A DNA stretch of 40,026 nt, from sequence record SRR2962707_1517; one strand, 5' to 3'. How positions within the stretch are numbered: position 1 is the stretch's first letter; every line of letters begins with the position of its first letter. A program made the position numbers and the translations under genes. Shown piece after piece: positions 1 through 9,162 of the stretch. The notes beneath the pieces were generated by a model. That model did not search any database, was not told the origin of the DNA, and was given only the letters and a program-made list of their open reading frames with translations.

Positions 1-1
1 C

Positions 2-433
2 CATGACCAGATCGAAGCCATGACCATGGCGACCCATGTGGGGGTTCTGGATCGGGGCAAACTGGTTCAATTCGGCAGCCCGCGGGAGATCTATGAAAAC
101 CCGGTGAGCATCTATGCCGCAAGCCGCCTTGGCCAGCCGCGGATCAATATTCTGCCCGCTGACCTTTTCACCGGCGCACCGGACAATGCGGTCAAGATCG
201 GCCTGAGGCCGGAGCAGATTGTCCAGGGATCGGGCGAAGACAGTCTCGTTACGCGGGTCGAACATCTGGGTGACCAGACACGGCTGCATCTGTCTTTCAA
301 GCACCACGATCTGGTGTCTGTCACGGACGCGCACACGACGTTGAGTGAAGGCGACATCGTCAAGATCAGACCGGAGAAGCCGTTCTATTTTGGTGCTGAC
401 GGTGCGCGAATTGTCTCAGGAGGAAGTCTATGA
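2..433 (+). CDS. Sugar ABC transporter ATP-binding protein (MalK-like), 5'-truncated by the window edge
   Basis: Frame open from base 2: HDQIEAMTMA (H-loop), GKLVQFGSPREIYENP, GLRPE, and C-terminal TOBE-like VEHLGDQT. Stop overlaps the next ATG (ATGA). Confidence 0.9.
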   Translation, partial: HDQIEAMTMATHVGVLDRGKLVQFGSPREIYENPVSIYAASRLGQPRINILPADLFTGAPDNAVKIGLRPEQIVQGSGEDSLVTRVEHLGDQTRLHLSFKHHDLVSVTDAHTTLSEGDIVKIRPEKPFYFGADGARIVSGGSL

Positions 434-2049
434 CCCAGTTTATGAACAGCAAGGAAAATATCGTCACGGAGGCAGTCGACGGTATCGTTGCAGCGTCGGG
501 CGGCAAACTTGCCCGCCTCGATGGGTACCCGCACATACGGGTGGTGGTGCGCAATGACTGGGACAGGTCGAAAGTGGCGCTGGTATCAGGTGGTGGATCC
601 GGCCATGAGCCCGCACATGCGGGATTTGTCGGCGAAGGCATGCTGACTGCTGCGGTGTGCGGGGACGTGTTTGCCTCGCCCTCCGTTGATGCCGTGCTGG
701 CCGGGATCCTGGCCGTAACGGGTCCCGCCGGCTGCCTGCTGATCGTCAAGAATTACACCGGTGACCGGTTGAACTTCGGATTGGCAGCCGAGCGCGCCAA
801 GGCTTTCGGGCTCGATGTCTCCATGGTTGTCGTCGATGATGATGTTGCTTTGCCTGATCTGCCGCAGGCGCGCGGCGTGGCAGGAACCCTGTTCGTGCAC
901 AAGATCGCAGGCGCCCTGGCTCAACGTGGGGTCAAGCTTGATGAGATCACAAGGCGTGTTGAGAAGGTGATTGCCGGCACCAAGACAATCGGCATGTCTC
1001 TGGACACCTGCACGGTTCCAGGGTCTCCGAAAGAAACCCGCATTCCAAAAGGCATGGCGGAGCTCGGTCTTGGCATTCACGGTGAAGCCGGTGTGGAGCA
1101 AATTCAGTATTCCGATGCGAAGCAGGCCATGGACGCGGTTGTCGCCAAACTCGACAAGCATATGGGTGATGGCCAGCATGTCGCGCTTCTGAACAATCTG
1201 GGCGGGGCATCGGTTCTGGAGATGGCGGTTCTGGCCAATGAAATGGCCAGTTCCAGCGTTGCGGGAAAACTGAAATGGATTGTCGGGCCGGCGGCGATGG
1301 TGACATCGCTGGATATGCGCGGCTTCTCGGTTTCGGTCTATCCGGCGGACGCGGAAGATCTGGATGCGCTTTCCCAACCGACGTCGCTTTCAGCCTGGCC
1401 GGGTCTTTTCGAGATTACACCGGTGACAATCCTCAACCTGCCGGATGGCCTGGCGCCGATCAAGCCGCTTCCGTCCGATCATACCGAAACACGAGCTTTC
1501 CTGACCAAATGCTGCGAGATCCTGATCCAGTCCGAGAGTGACCTGAACGCGCTTGATGCCAAATCGGGCGATGGTGATACAGGGTCGACGCTGGCCGGTG
1601 CGGCGCGGGCGCTGATTGCCACGATGGACACGCTGCCATTGGCCGATCACACGCAACTCTACCGGGCCATCGGCCAGGAACTGAGCCAGACTATGGGCGG
1701 GTCTTCGGGCGTGTTGCTGGCGATCTTCTTTGCAGCGGCGGGCGATGCCGCTTCAAGTGGCCTTTCGATGACAGGATCGCTGAAGGCGGGGCTTGCCCGC
1801 ATGCAGGACATCGGTGGCGCCAAACTCGGTGACCGGACAATGGTGGATGCTCTGCACCCGGCGCTTGATGCGCTGGAGGACAGTCTGCATCTTGCTGCCA
1901 AGGCGGCGCGTGCTGGTGCCGATCATACCGCGACCCTGACCAAGGCAAATGCAGGCCGGGCAAGCTACATCAATGCGCAGCAGCTTGAAGGCCATACCGA
2001 CCCGGGTGCTGAAGCCGTAGCGCGTTTGTTCGAACACCTGCAGGGGTGA
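430..2049 (+). CDS. dhaK: Dihydroxyacetone kinase, fused DhaK-DhaL (Dak1+Dak2), probably ATP-dependent
   Basis: GGGSGHEPAHAG, KNYTGDRLNFG, GIHGEAG (Dak1); LNALDAKSGDGDTG, GGSSG, GDRTMVDAL, GRASY, DPGA (Dak2). AGGAGG RBS upstream. Confidence 0.93.
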   Translation: MTQFMNSKENIVTEAVDGIVAASGGKLARLDGYPHIRVVVRNDWDRSKVALVSGGGSGHEPAHAGFVGEGMLTAAVCGDVFASPSVDAVLAGILAVTGPAGCLLIVKNYTGDRLNFGLAAERAKAFGLDVSMVVVDDDVALPDLPQARGVAGTLFVHKIAGALAQRGVKLDEITRRVEKVIAGTKTIGMSLDTCTVPGSPKETRIPKGMAELGLGIHGEAGVEQIQYSDAKQAMDAVVAKLDKHMGDGQHVALLNNLGGASVLEMAVLANEMASSSVAGKLKWIVGPAAMVTSLDMRGFSVSVYPADAEDLDALSQPTSLSAWPGLFEITPVTILNLPDGLAPIKPLPSDHTETRAFLTKCCEILIQSESDLNALDAKSGDGDTGSTLAGAARALIATMDTLPLADHTQLYRAIGQELSQTMGGSSGVLLAIFFAAAGDAASSGLSMTGSLKAGLARMQDIGGAKLGDRTMVDALHPALDALEDSLHLAAKAARAGADHTATLTKANAGRASYINAQQLEGHTDPGAEAVARLFEHLQG

Positions 2050-2171
2050 ATTCCTGGCGTCGCGATGGCGCATCCGAATGGAGGCAAGACGAGGAAACCA
2101 GGAAGCAAGGCTTGCTTTCTCCGTCTCCCAAGCTGCAGGTTGCATAAGCCTTGTCTTCATTGGTTCGTTCA

Positions 2172-2204
2172 CAACAACGCCCCCATGGGCGTTGTTGGCG
2201 TTTT
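2172..2204 (+). terminator. Stem-loop / probable intrinsic terminator downstream of the dak operon
   Basis: Perfect 11-bp inverted repeat CAACAACGCCC-CCAT-GGGCGTTGTTG followed by GCGTTTT. Confidence 0.5.
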
Positions 2205-2353
2205 GACAAAGGCCGTGCAAACTTCTGTGGCTTCCTGCTCCTCGGCTCGGGCCGGAACTTGACGACGATGCCATTGCACAAATGAGCCACACCGGACAGA
2301 ACGTGCATCTGGACATGGCGCAAACCCGTGTGCCCCGCTGACAGGAGACAAGA

Positions 2354-3796
2354 ATGATCACGCTCGACAAATTCTACATCGACGGGGACTGGGTCGCGCC
2401 GCTCTCTACGGCCACGATGCCGATCCTGACGCCCGCGACCAATGCCCGGATAGGCACGGTAGCACTGGGCACCGCGGCAGATGTGGATCGCGCTGTGGCC
2501 GCGGCCAAATCCGCATTTGAGAGCTTCTCGCTGACCTCGAAAGCCGAGCGGCTGGCGCTGTTGCACCGGTTGGCAGACGTGACACGCGCACGTATGGGCG
2601 ACCTGGCTGAGGCCATCACCCTGGAAATGGGCGCGCCGGCCACCATGTCGCGCGATGTGCAGGCCCAGGCGGGCCTCGGGCACCTGCTGGCCTTCATCGC
2701 TGCGCTGGAGTCGCTGGAAGAGGAGGAAATCCTGCCCAACGGCGATATTCTCAGCCGCGAACCAATTGGGGTTTGTGGCCTGATCACGCCTTGGAACTGG
2801 CCGATCAATCAGATCGCGCTGAAGGTTGTGCCGGCGCTTGCAACCGGTTCGACCTGTGTTCTCAAGCCGTCCGAACACACACCCTTGTCGGCGCAGGTCT
2901 ATGCGGAGATCGTGCATGAGGCCGGATACCCTGCAGGCGTGTTCAACCTGGTTCACGGTGATGGTCCCACTGTCGGTGCAGCACTGTCGCGCCACCCTGA
3001 TGTGGCCATGATGTCCTTTACCGGCTCCACGCGGGCCGGCAGTGCAGTTTCGCAAGACGCCGCCGGGACCATCAAACGGGTGACGCTGGAACTGGGAGGG
3101 AAGTCTCCCAACCTGGTGTTTGCCGATTGCGATCTGGAGACACGGGTGGCCGAAGGGGTCGCGAGCTGTTTCTACAACACTGGTCAGTCCTGCGACGCCC
3201 CGACCAGAATGCTGGTGGAACGCAGTGTCTATCCTCAGGTGCTGGAACTGGCGCGTGCCGCAGCCGAGGCGCAGGCGGTGGGCAACCCGCATGAGGAGGG
3301 CGACCATATCGGCCCGCTCTTCGACCGGATCCAGTACGAGCGCGTGCAGGCGATGATCCAGACTGGCATCGACGAGGGAGGCCGGTTGCTGGCGGGTGGG
3401 CCGGGGCGCCCTGCGAGCCTGCCGGAAGCTTTGCAGGCTGGGTGGTTCGTGCGGCCTACGATCTTTTGCGACGTGACGCCGGACATGACCTTGTGGCGCG
3501 AGGAAGTCTTTGGTCCGGTGCTGGTCATGACCCCATTTGACACCGAAGAAGAGGCCATTGCGCTGGCCAATGACACCGTTTACGGGCTGGCCGCCTATAT
3601 CCAGACCGGCAGCGAAGACCGCGCCCGCCGGGTGGTGCGCTGTCTCCGCGCCGGCGGTATCCATATCAATGGCCGCGACGCCGACTACGGTTCGCCTTTC
3701 GGCGGCTTCAAGCATTCGGGCAATGGCCGCGAGGGCGGCCTGATCGGACTGGAGGACTATCTGGAGCTAAAGGTTCGTCCGCCCTTCGCACCATAA
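2354..3796 (+). CDS. NAD(P)-dependent aldehyde dehydrogenase
   Basis: ITPWNWP, LKPSE, FTGSTRAG, LELGGKSP (catalytic Glu), NTGQSC (catalytic Cys), EEVFGPV, PFGGFKHSGNGRE. AGGAGA RBS. Confidence 0.95.
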   Translation: MITLDKFYIDGDWVAPLSTATMPILTPATNARIGTVALGTAADVDRAVAAAKSAFESFSLTSKAERLALLHRLADVTRARMGDLAEAITLEMGAPATMSRDVQAQAGLGHLLAFIAALESLEEEEILPNGDILSREPIGVCGLITPWNWPINQIALKVVPALATGSTCVLKPSEHTPLSAQVYAEIVHEAGYPAGVFNLVHGDGPTVGAALSRHPDVAMMSFTGSTRAGSAVSQDAAGTIKRVTLELGGKSPNLVFADCDLETRVAEGVASCFYNTGQSCDAPTRMLVERSVYPQVLELARAAAEAQAVGNPHEEGDHIGPLFDRIQYERVQAMIQTGIDEGGRLLAGGPGRPASLPEALQAGWFVRPTIFCDVTPDMTLWREEVFGPVLVMTPFDTEEEAIALANDTVYGLAAYIQTGSEDRARRVVRCLRAGGIHINGRDADYGSPFGGFKHSGNGREGGLIGLEDYLELKVRPPFAP

Positions 3797-3817
3797 GGCG
3801 CGATGGTCCTGAAAGCG

Positions 3818-3846
3818 AAAACGGCGCAGAGAGATCCGCGCCGTTT
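3818..3846 (-). terminator. Intrinsic terminator between convergent genes (best on the minus strand)
   Basis: Minus strand reads AAACGGCGCGGA-TCTC-TCTGCGCCGTTTT: GC-rich stem with one G-U pair, then a U tract. Confidence 0.6.
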
Positions 3847-4011
3847 CCCATTCTCGCATCATCCGAAATTCAGGCTCTGGCACCCACGTGAGCGCAAGCC
3901 CGCAAGGGATCGGCCTGCTCCGCCGCGACTATTCAAGCGACAACTTCGCATCCCACCTTCAGGAACAACGACACCGCACGTGTATGCTATGGCTTGCAGC
4001 CTGCAGGCTAT

Positions 4012-4506
4012 TCACTTGTCCAAGACGGCAATCAGGCGGCCATCCAGCCCGAGAAACTCATCCCACAGGCTCACCACAAGCGGATTGGGGTCGGCTTGCG
4101 GCCTGATCTCGCGCAGGATCTGCATGGCCTCAGACGGGTCGGTCTGCTGTGCAATAAACCCAAGTGCGATTGCCGCCGATCGATGGACGCCTTGCAGGCA
4201 GTGCACGATCAGGGCTGCATCCTCCGGCAAGTCCAGCATCCAGGCCTGAATCTGACGGATGTGATCGGCTGTGGGCGGAAGACTGTGGGATGCGTCGGGG
4301 ACATCATTGAACATCATCAGCAAGCGGCGGCCTTCGGGCATGTCGCGCGGCCCGAAATCCTTGGTCTGCGTTCCCTTGATGCTCAGCACATGGGTCGCGG
4401 CAAGCGTCTTGTGAAAGCGCCGCGCCTCCGATTGGCTGGTTACCAGCAATCGGCAGGGCCATCGATTGGGATGGTTTTTGCCGTCAGTCAGTGCTTTGAA
4501 CCGCAT
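4012..4506 (-). CDS. Predicted protein-tyrosine/dual-specificity phosphatase (CX5R family)
   Basis: IVHCLQGVHRSAA P-loop, THVLSI, FNDV acid loop, RPQADPNPLVV C-terminal motif. Start set at MRFK (4506); the ORF extends to 4659, so the start is uncertain. Confidence 0.8.
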   Translation of the reverse strand: MRFKALTDGKNHPNRWPCRLLVTSQSEARRFHKTLAATHVLSIKGTQTKDFGPRDMPEGRRLLMMFNDVPDASHSLPPTADHIRQIQAWMLDLPEDAALIVHCLQGVHRSAAIALGFIAQQTDPSEAMQILREIRPQADPNPLVVSLWDEFLGLDGRLIAVLDK

Positions 4507-4774
4507 GCCGATTGGGATCGCATATCTTGTGTAGACGATGTTGCTATCGGGAATGAATTTCAATTGTCCTATCCCCCCGGTGCTTTTCGCCGCCATCGTT
4601 CTTAGAGGTGTCAGCACCAGGCGAGCAGGCATGCAGCCATCATGGTGCATACGCCTCACCCTGCAAAGCGGTGTCGCGCTCGAACCAGATCACTTTCATG
4701 AAACAATCCGGTGGTCGCGACGGCTTCCATTGGAAATAGGCAATTTGGCGATCTCGGAGCTTGTAAATTGAAAT

Positions 4775-4790
4775 ATGAATCAGTATTCAT
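4775..4790. promoter_or_regulatory. Putative TetR operator (copy 1) overlapping the tetR promoter
   Basis: Palindrome ATGAAT-CAGT-ATTCAT, 15/16 identical to the site at 14018-14033. Lies downstream of TTGTAA (4761-4766) and overlaps TATTCA (4784-4789), 17 bp apart. Confidence 0.75.
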
Positions 4791-4795
4791 TTTTT

Positions 4796-5386
4796 ATGTC
4801 GACAAATGCTTACCCCAGAACCAAAAGAGGCATTGCGCGGCGCGAGCAGATTCTGCGGGCTGCCGAGGCCATGATCGGAGAACAGGGGTTCTCCGCTGCC
4901 TCCATCGCTGACATCACCCGCCATGCGAAGACAGCACTGGGCACGTTTTACATCTACTTTTCCAGCAAGGAAGATGTGTTTCGCGAACTGGTTCTGGAAA
5001 TGGGGCAACTGACGCGTGCAGTCGTGACCCAAGCCGTGGCCGACGCGCCGAACCGACTGGACGCCGAGCGTGCCGGCCTGAAGGCCTTCCTGCGTTTCGT
5101 TGCCGAGCGTCCGTCGCTTTACCGGATTGTCGAGGAAGCCCGTTTCATCGATGCCGACGCCTACAAGGCTTATTTCACCAGCTTTGCCAAGGCCTATGCG
5201 GTGCAACTCTCCGAGGCTGCGGCAGCCGGGGAATTACGCCCGGGTGACGCCGAGGTTCGCGCCTGGGCGCTGATGGGCATCGCCAAGACGCTGGGCGAGC
5301 GATACGTGCTGTGGGACGAGACCTCCGATATTGATCACGTCGTCGACGAAGCCTTCGCCATGATCCGGGATGGTTTGTCGCCATGA
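4796..5386 (+). CDS. TetR/AcrR family transcriptional regulator
   Basis: ILRAAEAMIGEQGFSAASIADITRHAKTALGTFYIYFSSKEDVF HTH. Start set at ATG 4796 because the upstream ATG (4775) lies inside the operator. Confidence 0.93.
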   Translation: MSTNAYPRTKRGIARREQILRAAEAMIGEQGFSAASIADITRHAKTALGTFYIYFSSKEDVFRELVLEMGQLTRAVVTQAVADAPNRLDAERAGLKAFLRFVAERPSLYRIVEEARFIDADAYKAYFTSFAKAYAVQLSEAAAAGELRPGDAEVRAWALMGIAKTLGERYVLWDETSDIDHVVDEAFAMIRDGLSP

Positions 5387-6165
5387 CAGCGCGGGTCACA
5401 GCAGAGATGCTGCATCTGTCTGACGGCACGATGTGCGCGCGGCTGACCATGAATGCCGGCCGGGCCAATTCGCTCGAACCCGGACTGTTGACTGAACTTG
5501 GTGCGGCGCTTGATGAAGCAGAAACGCAGGATGCCCGGGTAGTTCTCATTTGCGGCGGGCAGAATTTCTCGAGCGGTGGCGATGTGCGTGCTTTTCACGC
5601 AGCTTCGGTGCGGGGTGAAGCGATGGAATATGCCAACGAAGTCGTGCCCTGTCTGCAGGCAATTGTTGCGCGCCTGATCGCCATGCCGCGACTGGTGGTG
5701 GTGGCGGCGCGCGGCGCGATCACCGGCGGGGCGGCAGGGCTTTTGTTTGCCGCAGATCTCGCGGTGCTTTCGCCCGATGCATTTGTGCAGCCCTATTATG
5801 CAAAGGTTGGTTTTGCCCCAGATGGCGGCTGGACCGCGCTGCTGCCCGAACGGATAGGTGCCGGAAAGGCGCAGGAATGGCTGCAGTCGGACCGCCGGCT
5901 GTCTGCTGCCGAGCTCTGCAACGCAGGACTGACCACAGCTGTCTCGGACAATCCCGAAGCTCTGGCTGCCGAGCTCGCAACGAATGGAGAAATCGGCACC
6001 CGGCTCGTGACCAAGTCGCTGATCTGGGATGAGGCTCGCCGTGCGCATGTCAATGCGCGGCTTGAGGCCGAAACCGAGGCATTTCTGGACCGGATCATCC
6101 AGCCGGAAACAGCATTGGGCATGACACGCTTTCTCGAACGCATTGGAGGCAAGGCCGGTGTTTGA
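5383..6165 (+). CDS. Enoyl-CoA hydratase/isomerase (crotonase fold), PaaG-like active site
   Basis: FSSGGDV oxyanion motif, AARGAITGGAAGLLFAADL, GFAPDGG. ATGA-coupled to tetR. Confidence 0.88.
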   Translation: MTARVTAEMLHLSDGTMCARLTMNAGRANSLEPGLLTELGAALDEAETQDARVVLICGGQNFSSGGDVRAFHAASVRGEAMEYANEVVPCLQAIVARLIAMPRLVVVAARGAITGGAAGLLFAADLAVLSPDAFVQPYYAKVGFAPDGGWTALLPERIGAGKAQEWLQSDRRLSAAELCNAGLTTAVSDNPEALAAELATNGEIGTRLVTKSLIWDEARRAHVNARLEAETEAFLDRIIQPETALGMTRFLERIGGKAGV

Positions 6166-7645
6166 GACAATCCCGGACATGGCCGCCAAGCGAGCCGAAA
6201 TATCGCCCAGCGCCACCGCCTTTGTCGATGCCGGCAGCGGGCGGGTCTGGCAGTTCCGCCAGATCAACGATGCCGCCAATGCCGTTGCTGCAGGTCTGGG
6301 GCGGGCCGGTTTGTCTCGCGGTGATCGCCTCGCAATCCTGTGTCTCAATCGGGTCGAATTCTTCATCACGCTTTTTGCCTGCCAGAAAGCCGGCATCATC
6401 CTGTGCCCGCTCAACTGGCGGCAACCGGCGCCCGAACTGGTTGAAACACTCGAGCCGGTGGGGGCGAAGGCGCTGATCCATGATGCGGCGCAAGCCGAAC
6501 CGGCAGGGGACGTGGCGCGCGCTTGCAGGCTTGGGACATTCGCCATCGAAACCGATATCGCCGCCTGGATTGCGGCAGGGGCAACAGTGCCCGTTGCGGA
6601 GACTATTCTCCCGGAGCAGCCCTGGTATCTGCTGTTCACATCGGGGACGACAGGGCGACCCAAGGCGGTGATCCAGACGGCGCAGATGGCCTGGGCCAAC
6701 GCTGTCAATATTTCCCATGCGACGCGGATGACTGCGGATGACAGCTCGGTCAATTTCCTCCCGCTGTTTCACACCGCCGGAATCAACCTTTACACGCTGC
6801 CGCTGTTTCTCATCGGCGGCTCGTCGACGATTCTGCCGAAGTTCGAACCGGCGCAGATCTTTGATCTTCTCAAACAGGGCAGGATCACCCAGTTTTTCGG
6901 TGTGCCGGCGATATATCAGGCTTTCAGCCTGTTGCCAGATGTTGGCGAGATCGACTGGAAGGCAATCCGCTGCGGCTGTGGCGGTGCGCCCTTGCCGGAA
7001 CCGTTGATCCGGTTTTTCGCAGGTCTGGGCGCCAGGGTGCTCAATGGCATGGGCATGACCGAAACCGGACCAACCGTCTTTTTGATGGATCCGGAAAATG
7101 CCGAGCGCAAGATCGGCTCCGTCGGACGGGCGCAGATGCTGACAGAGATGCGGCTTGATGGGGTTGTCGCCGGAGAGCCGGGTTCGGGCGAGATTCAGCT
7201 CAGGGGGCCCAATATCACGCCGGGATATTTCCAGAACGAGAACGCCACCCGCGACGCTTTCACCCGTGATGGATGGCTCAGGACGGGTGACATAGGACGG
7301 CGAGATGAGAACGGCTACATCTTCATCGTTGACCGGATCAAAGACATGTACATTTCAGGCGGTGAGAATGTCTATCCGGCCGAAGTCGAGCGTGTGCTCA
7401 ACGAGCATGCCGATGTGCTTGAAGCGGCGGTGATCAGCATGCCGGACCCAAAATGGGGCGAAGTCGGTGCGGCCTTCATCATCGCCCGGCCCGGCGCGAA
7501 GCTTGACCCGGCCGAGCTGAGAAGCTGGAGCCGGGAACGGATGGCGGCCTACAAGGTTCCCGTCAGGATTACGGTCGTTGAGGATTTTCCGCGTACCGCA
7601 GCCGGCAAGGTTCGCAAACTGGAGCTGAGGTCGATGCTGCCATGA
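6158..7645 (+). CDS. Acyl-CoA synthetase / AMP-binding ligase
   Basis: LLFTSGTTGRPKAV, LPLFH, GMGMTET, GWLRTGDIG, VDRIKDMYISGGENVYPAEVE, PRTAAGKV. GTG start with GGAGG RBS. Confidence 0.93.
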   Translation: MFETIPDMAAKRAEISPSATAFVDAGSGRVWQFRQINDAANAVAAGLGRAGLSRGDRLAILCLNRVEFFITLFACQKAGIILCPLNWRQPAPELVETLEPVGAKALIHDAAQAEPAGDVARACRLGTFAIETDIAAWIAAGATVPVAETILPEQPWYLLFTSGTTGRPKAVIQTAQMAWANAVNISHATRMTADDSSVNFLPLFHTAGINLYTLPLFLIGGSSTILPKFEPAQIFDLLKQGRITQFFGVPAIYQAFSLLPDVGEIDWKAIRCGCGGAPLPEPLIRFFAGLGARVLNGMGMTETGPTVFLMDPENAERKIGSVGRAQMLTEMRLDGVVAGEPGSGEIQLRGPNITPGYFQNENATRDAFTRDGWLRTGDIGRRDENGYIFIVDRIKDMYISGGENVYPAEVERVLNEHADVLEAAVISMPDPKWGEVGAAFIIARPGAKLDPAELRSWSRERMAAYKVPVRITVVEDFPRTAAGKVRKLELRSMLP

Positions 7646-7998
7646 ACATTGAACTTTCGATGCAATGGATGCCGAGCCAGGATGAGTTCGATCTGTTTGC
7701 GCAGATATCCGGTGATGACAACCCGATCCATGTCGATCCGGATTTCTCGGCCCGAACCGCTTTCGGGCGGACGGTCAGCCACGGCATGCTGATCTACGCC
7801 AAGCTGTGGGGACTGCTCACGGCCTCGCACCCGGACGTGGTGCAAAAGGGGCAGACGATGATGTTTCCCAACCCCTGTTACACCGGCGAGCCGGTCGATA
7901 TGCTGATCAGCGGGGAATGTCCGGGAACGCTCACCATGCGGGCTGTCAGGTCGGTTGATGGCGCGGAGCTTCTGGTCGGCGAAACGGAGGTTGCGTGA
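7642..7998 (+). CDS. MaoC/PhaJ-type (R)-specific enoyl-CoA hydratase, catalytic hotdog subunit
   Basis: FAQISGDDNPIHVD...FGRTVSHGML hydratase-2 motif with the Asp/His dyad. Confidence 0.88.
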   Translation: MNIELSMQWMPSQDEFDLFAQISGDDNPIHVDPDFSARTAFGRTVSHGMLIYAKLWGLLTASHPDVVQKGQTMMFPNPCYTGEPVDMLISGECPGTLTMRAVRSVDGAELLVGETEVA

Positions 7999-8354
7999 TG
8001 CAAGTGGGACAGTCAGCCACCGTCAGCCGCAGCTACAGCCGTGCCGATCTGGAAGGGTTTGCCCTGCTCAGCGGCTCAGAAGTTCCCGAGACCATCCCGG
8101 AGCCACTGATTGCCGCACTGTTTTCCTACCTGCTCGGCGTCGAACTTCCAGGGCCAGGCACGAACTATCTCAAGCAGGAACTGAAGTTTCTTGCTGCGGC
8201 GTCTCCCGACATCGAACTGACTGCGAAAGTCGAGATCACAAGATTGAGGCCAGACAAGCATCTGGTCGATCTCTGGTCGACCTGCACCGACGCCGATGGC
8301 GTGCTGATCTGCGAAGGCCGTTCGCTGGTCAAGGCAAAGGACGTCGCGGCGTAG
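7995..8354 (+). CDS. MaoC-like hotdog protein lacking the catalytic DxNPxH segment
   Basis: VGQSATVSRSYSRADLEGFALLSG and LLGVELPGPGTNYLKQELKF match the PhaJ fold; the DNPxH loop is absent. Start overlaps the upstream stop (GTG 7995, or ATG 7998). Confidence 0.78.
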   Translation: MMQVGQSATVSRSYSRADLEGFALLSGSEVPETIPEPLIAALFSYLLGVELPGPGTNYLKQELKFLAAASPDIELTAKVEITRLRPDKHLVDLWSTCTDADGVLICEGRSLVKAKDVAA

Positions 8355-8386
8355 TTTCACCTGCTGCATGATTGTTTGGAAAAAAT

Positions 8387-9148
8387 CTAGATCCGGAGGG
8401 CGAATTCCAGGAACCTGTCGGCAAAAGCCTCGGGTTCTTCCAGGTGTGGAGAATGTCCGGAAGCCTCGAACACATGCATTTCGCCTCGCGGAGCTGTATT
8501 GGCCAGCCACGCGGCGGCCGAAGCGGGATAGACCCGGCTGCGTGCGCCGCAGGTTGCCAGTAGCGGGCAGGGCATCCGGCCAATGAGCGACCTTTGATCC
8601 ATCCGGACAAGAGCCTTCCACATAGCAATCATTTTTGCCGGATCGTTGCTGAGGATCTGGGCGAGGGCATCCTGTCGGGAATAGCCCGGGGCTCCGTCGC
8701 GGTGGCCAAACATTGTCGTCGCGATTGCCTCCGCCATGCCGTGCCAGTCCGTCATCATGCGTTCTGTGGTGATGGTGAGATCGTCTTCGCTCTGCCCGAT
8801 TAAACCGTGCGGCCAGTTCGGTTTGCAAGCGAGCCTGGGGCTCATGTCGACCGTCATCAGGCCGGCCAGCCGGTCTGATCCAAATTGCTCGATGAACTGC
8901 CAGGCTACGGCAGCCCCCATTGACCAGCCAACCAGAACGACCTCGTTGAGATCATGTGTCTCAAGCAGATCTGCGAGCGTTTGTGCCGCGGACTCAAGCG
9001 AGGGTTCGGTTGCCGCCAACTTGCCGTGCCCCGGCAGATCAGGGGCGTAACAGTCAAGCTCCGCTGGCAATCTGGCAACGAGATCATCGAAAATCGACCC
9101 GCGCATGGTCCAGCCGTGCAACAGTACCACCGGTCGTGATCGGGGCAT
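8387..9148 (-). CDS. Alpha/beta-fold hydrolase (esterase-like)
   Basis: VLLHGW, PDLPGHG, GWSMG nucleophile elbow, SGHSPHLEEP catalytic His. Start is ATG 9148 or TTG 9166. Confidence 0.9.
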   Translation of the reverse strand: MPRSRPVVLLHGWTMRGSIFDDLVARLPAELDCYAPDLPGHGKLAATEPSLESAAQTLADLLETHDLNEVVLVGWSMGAAVAWQFIEQFGSDRLAGLMTVDMSPRLACKPNWPHGLIGQSEDDLTITTERMMTDWHGMAEAIATTMFGHRDGAPGYSRQDALAQILSNDPAKMIAMWKALVRMDQRSLIGRMPCPLLATCGARSRVYPASAAAWLANTAPRGEMHVFEASGHSPHLEEPEAFADRFLEFALRI

Positions 9149-9162
9149 GGTCTGCGCGCCCG

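Noticed and set aside
2065-2351. Short ORFs and a possible sigma54 site (TGGCGC) upstream of the aldehyde dehydrogenase
   Set aside because: The ORFs lack RBS and motifs; no TTGC at the -12 position. The hairpin at 2172 occurs once and has no transposase nearby, so it is not called a mobile-element end.
1970-3715. 581-aa minus-strand ORF
   Set aside because: Antisense shadow of the aldehyde dehydrogenase; no motifs; expected in GC-rich coding DNA.
5335-6753. 472-aa minus-strand ORF
   Set aside because: Antisense to the crotonase and CoA ligase, with low-complexity Ala/Ser/Arg composition.
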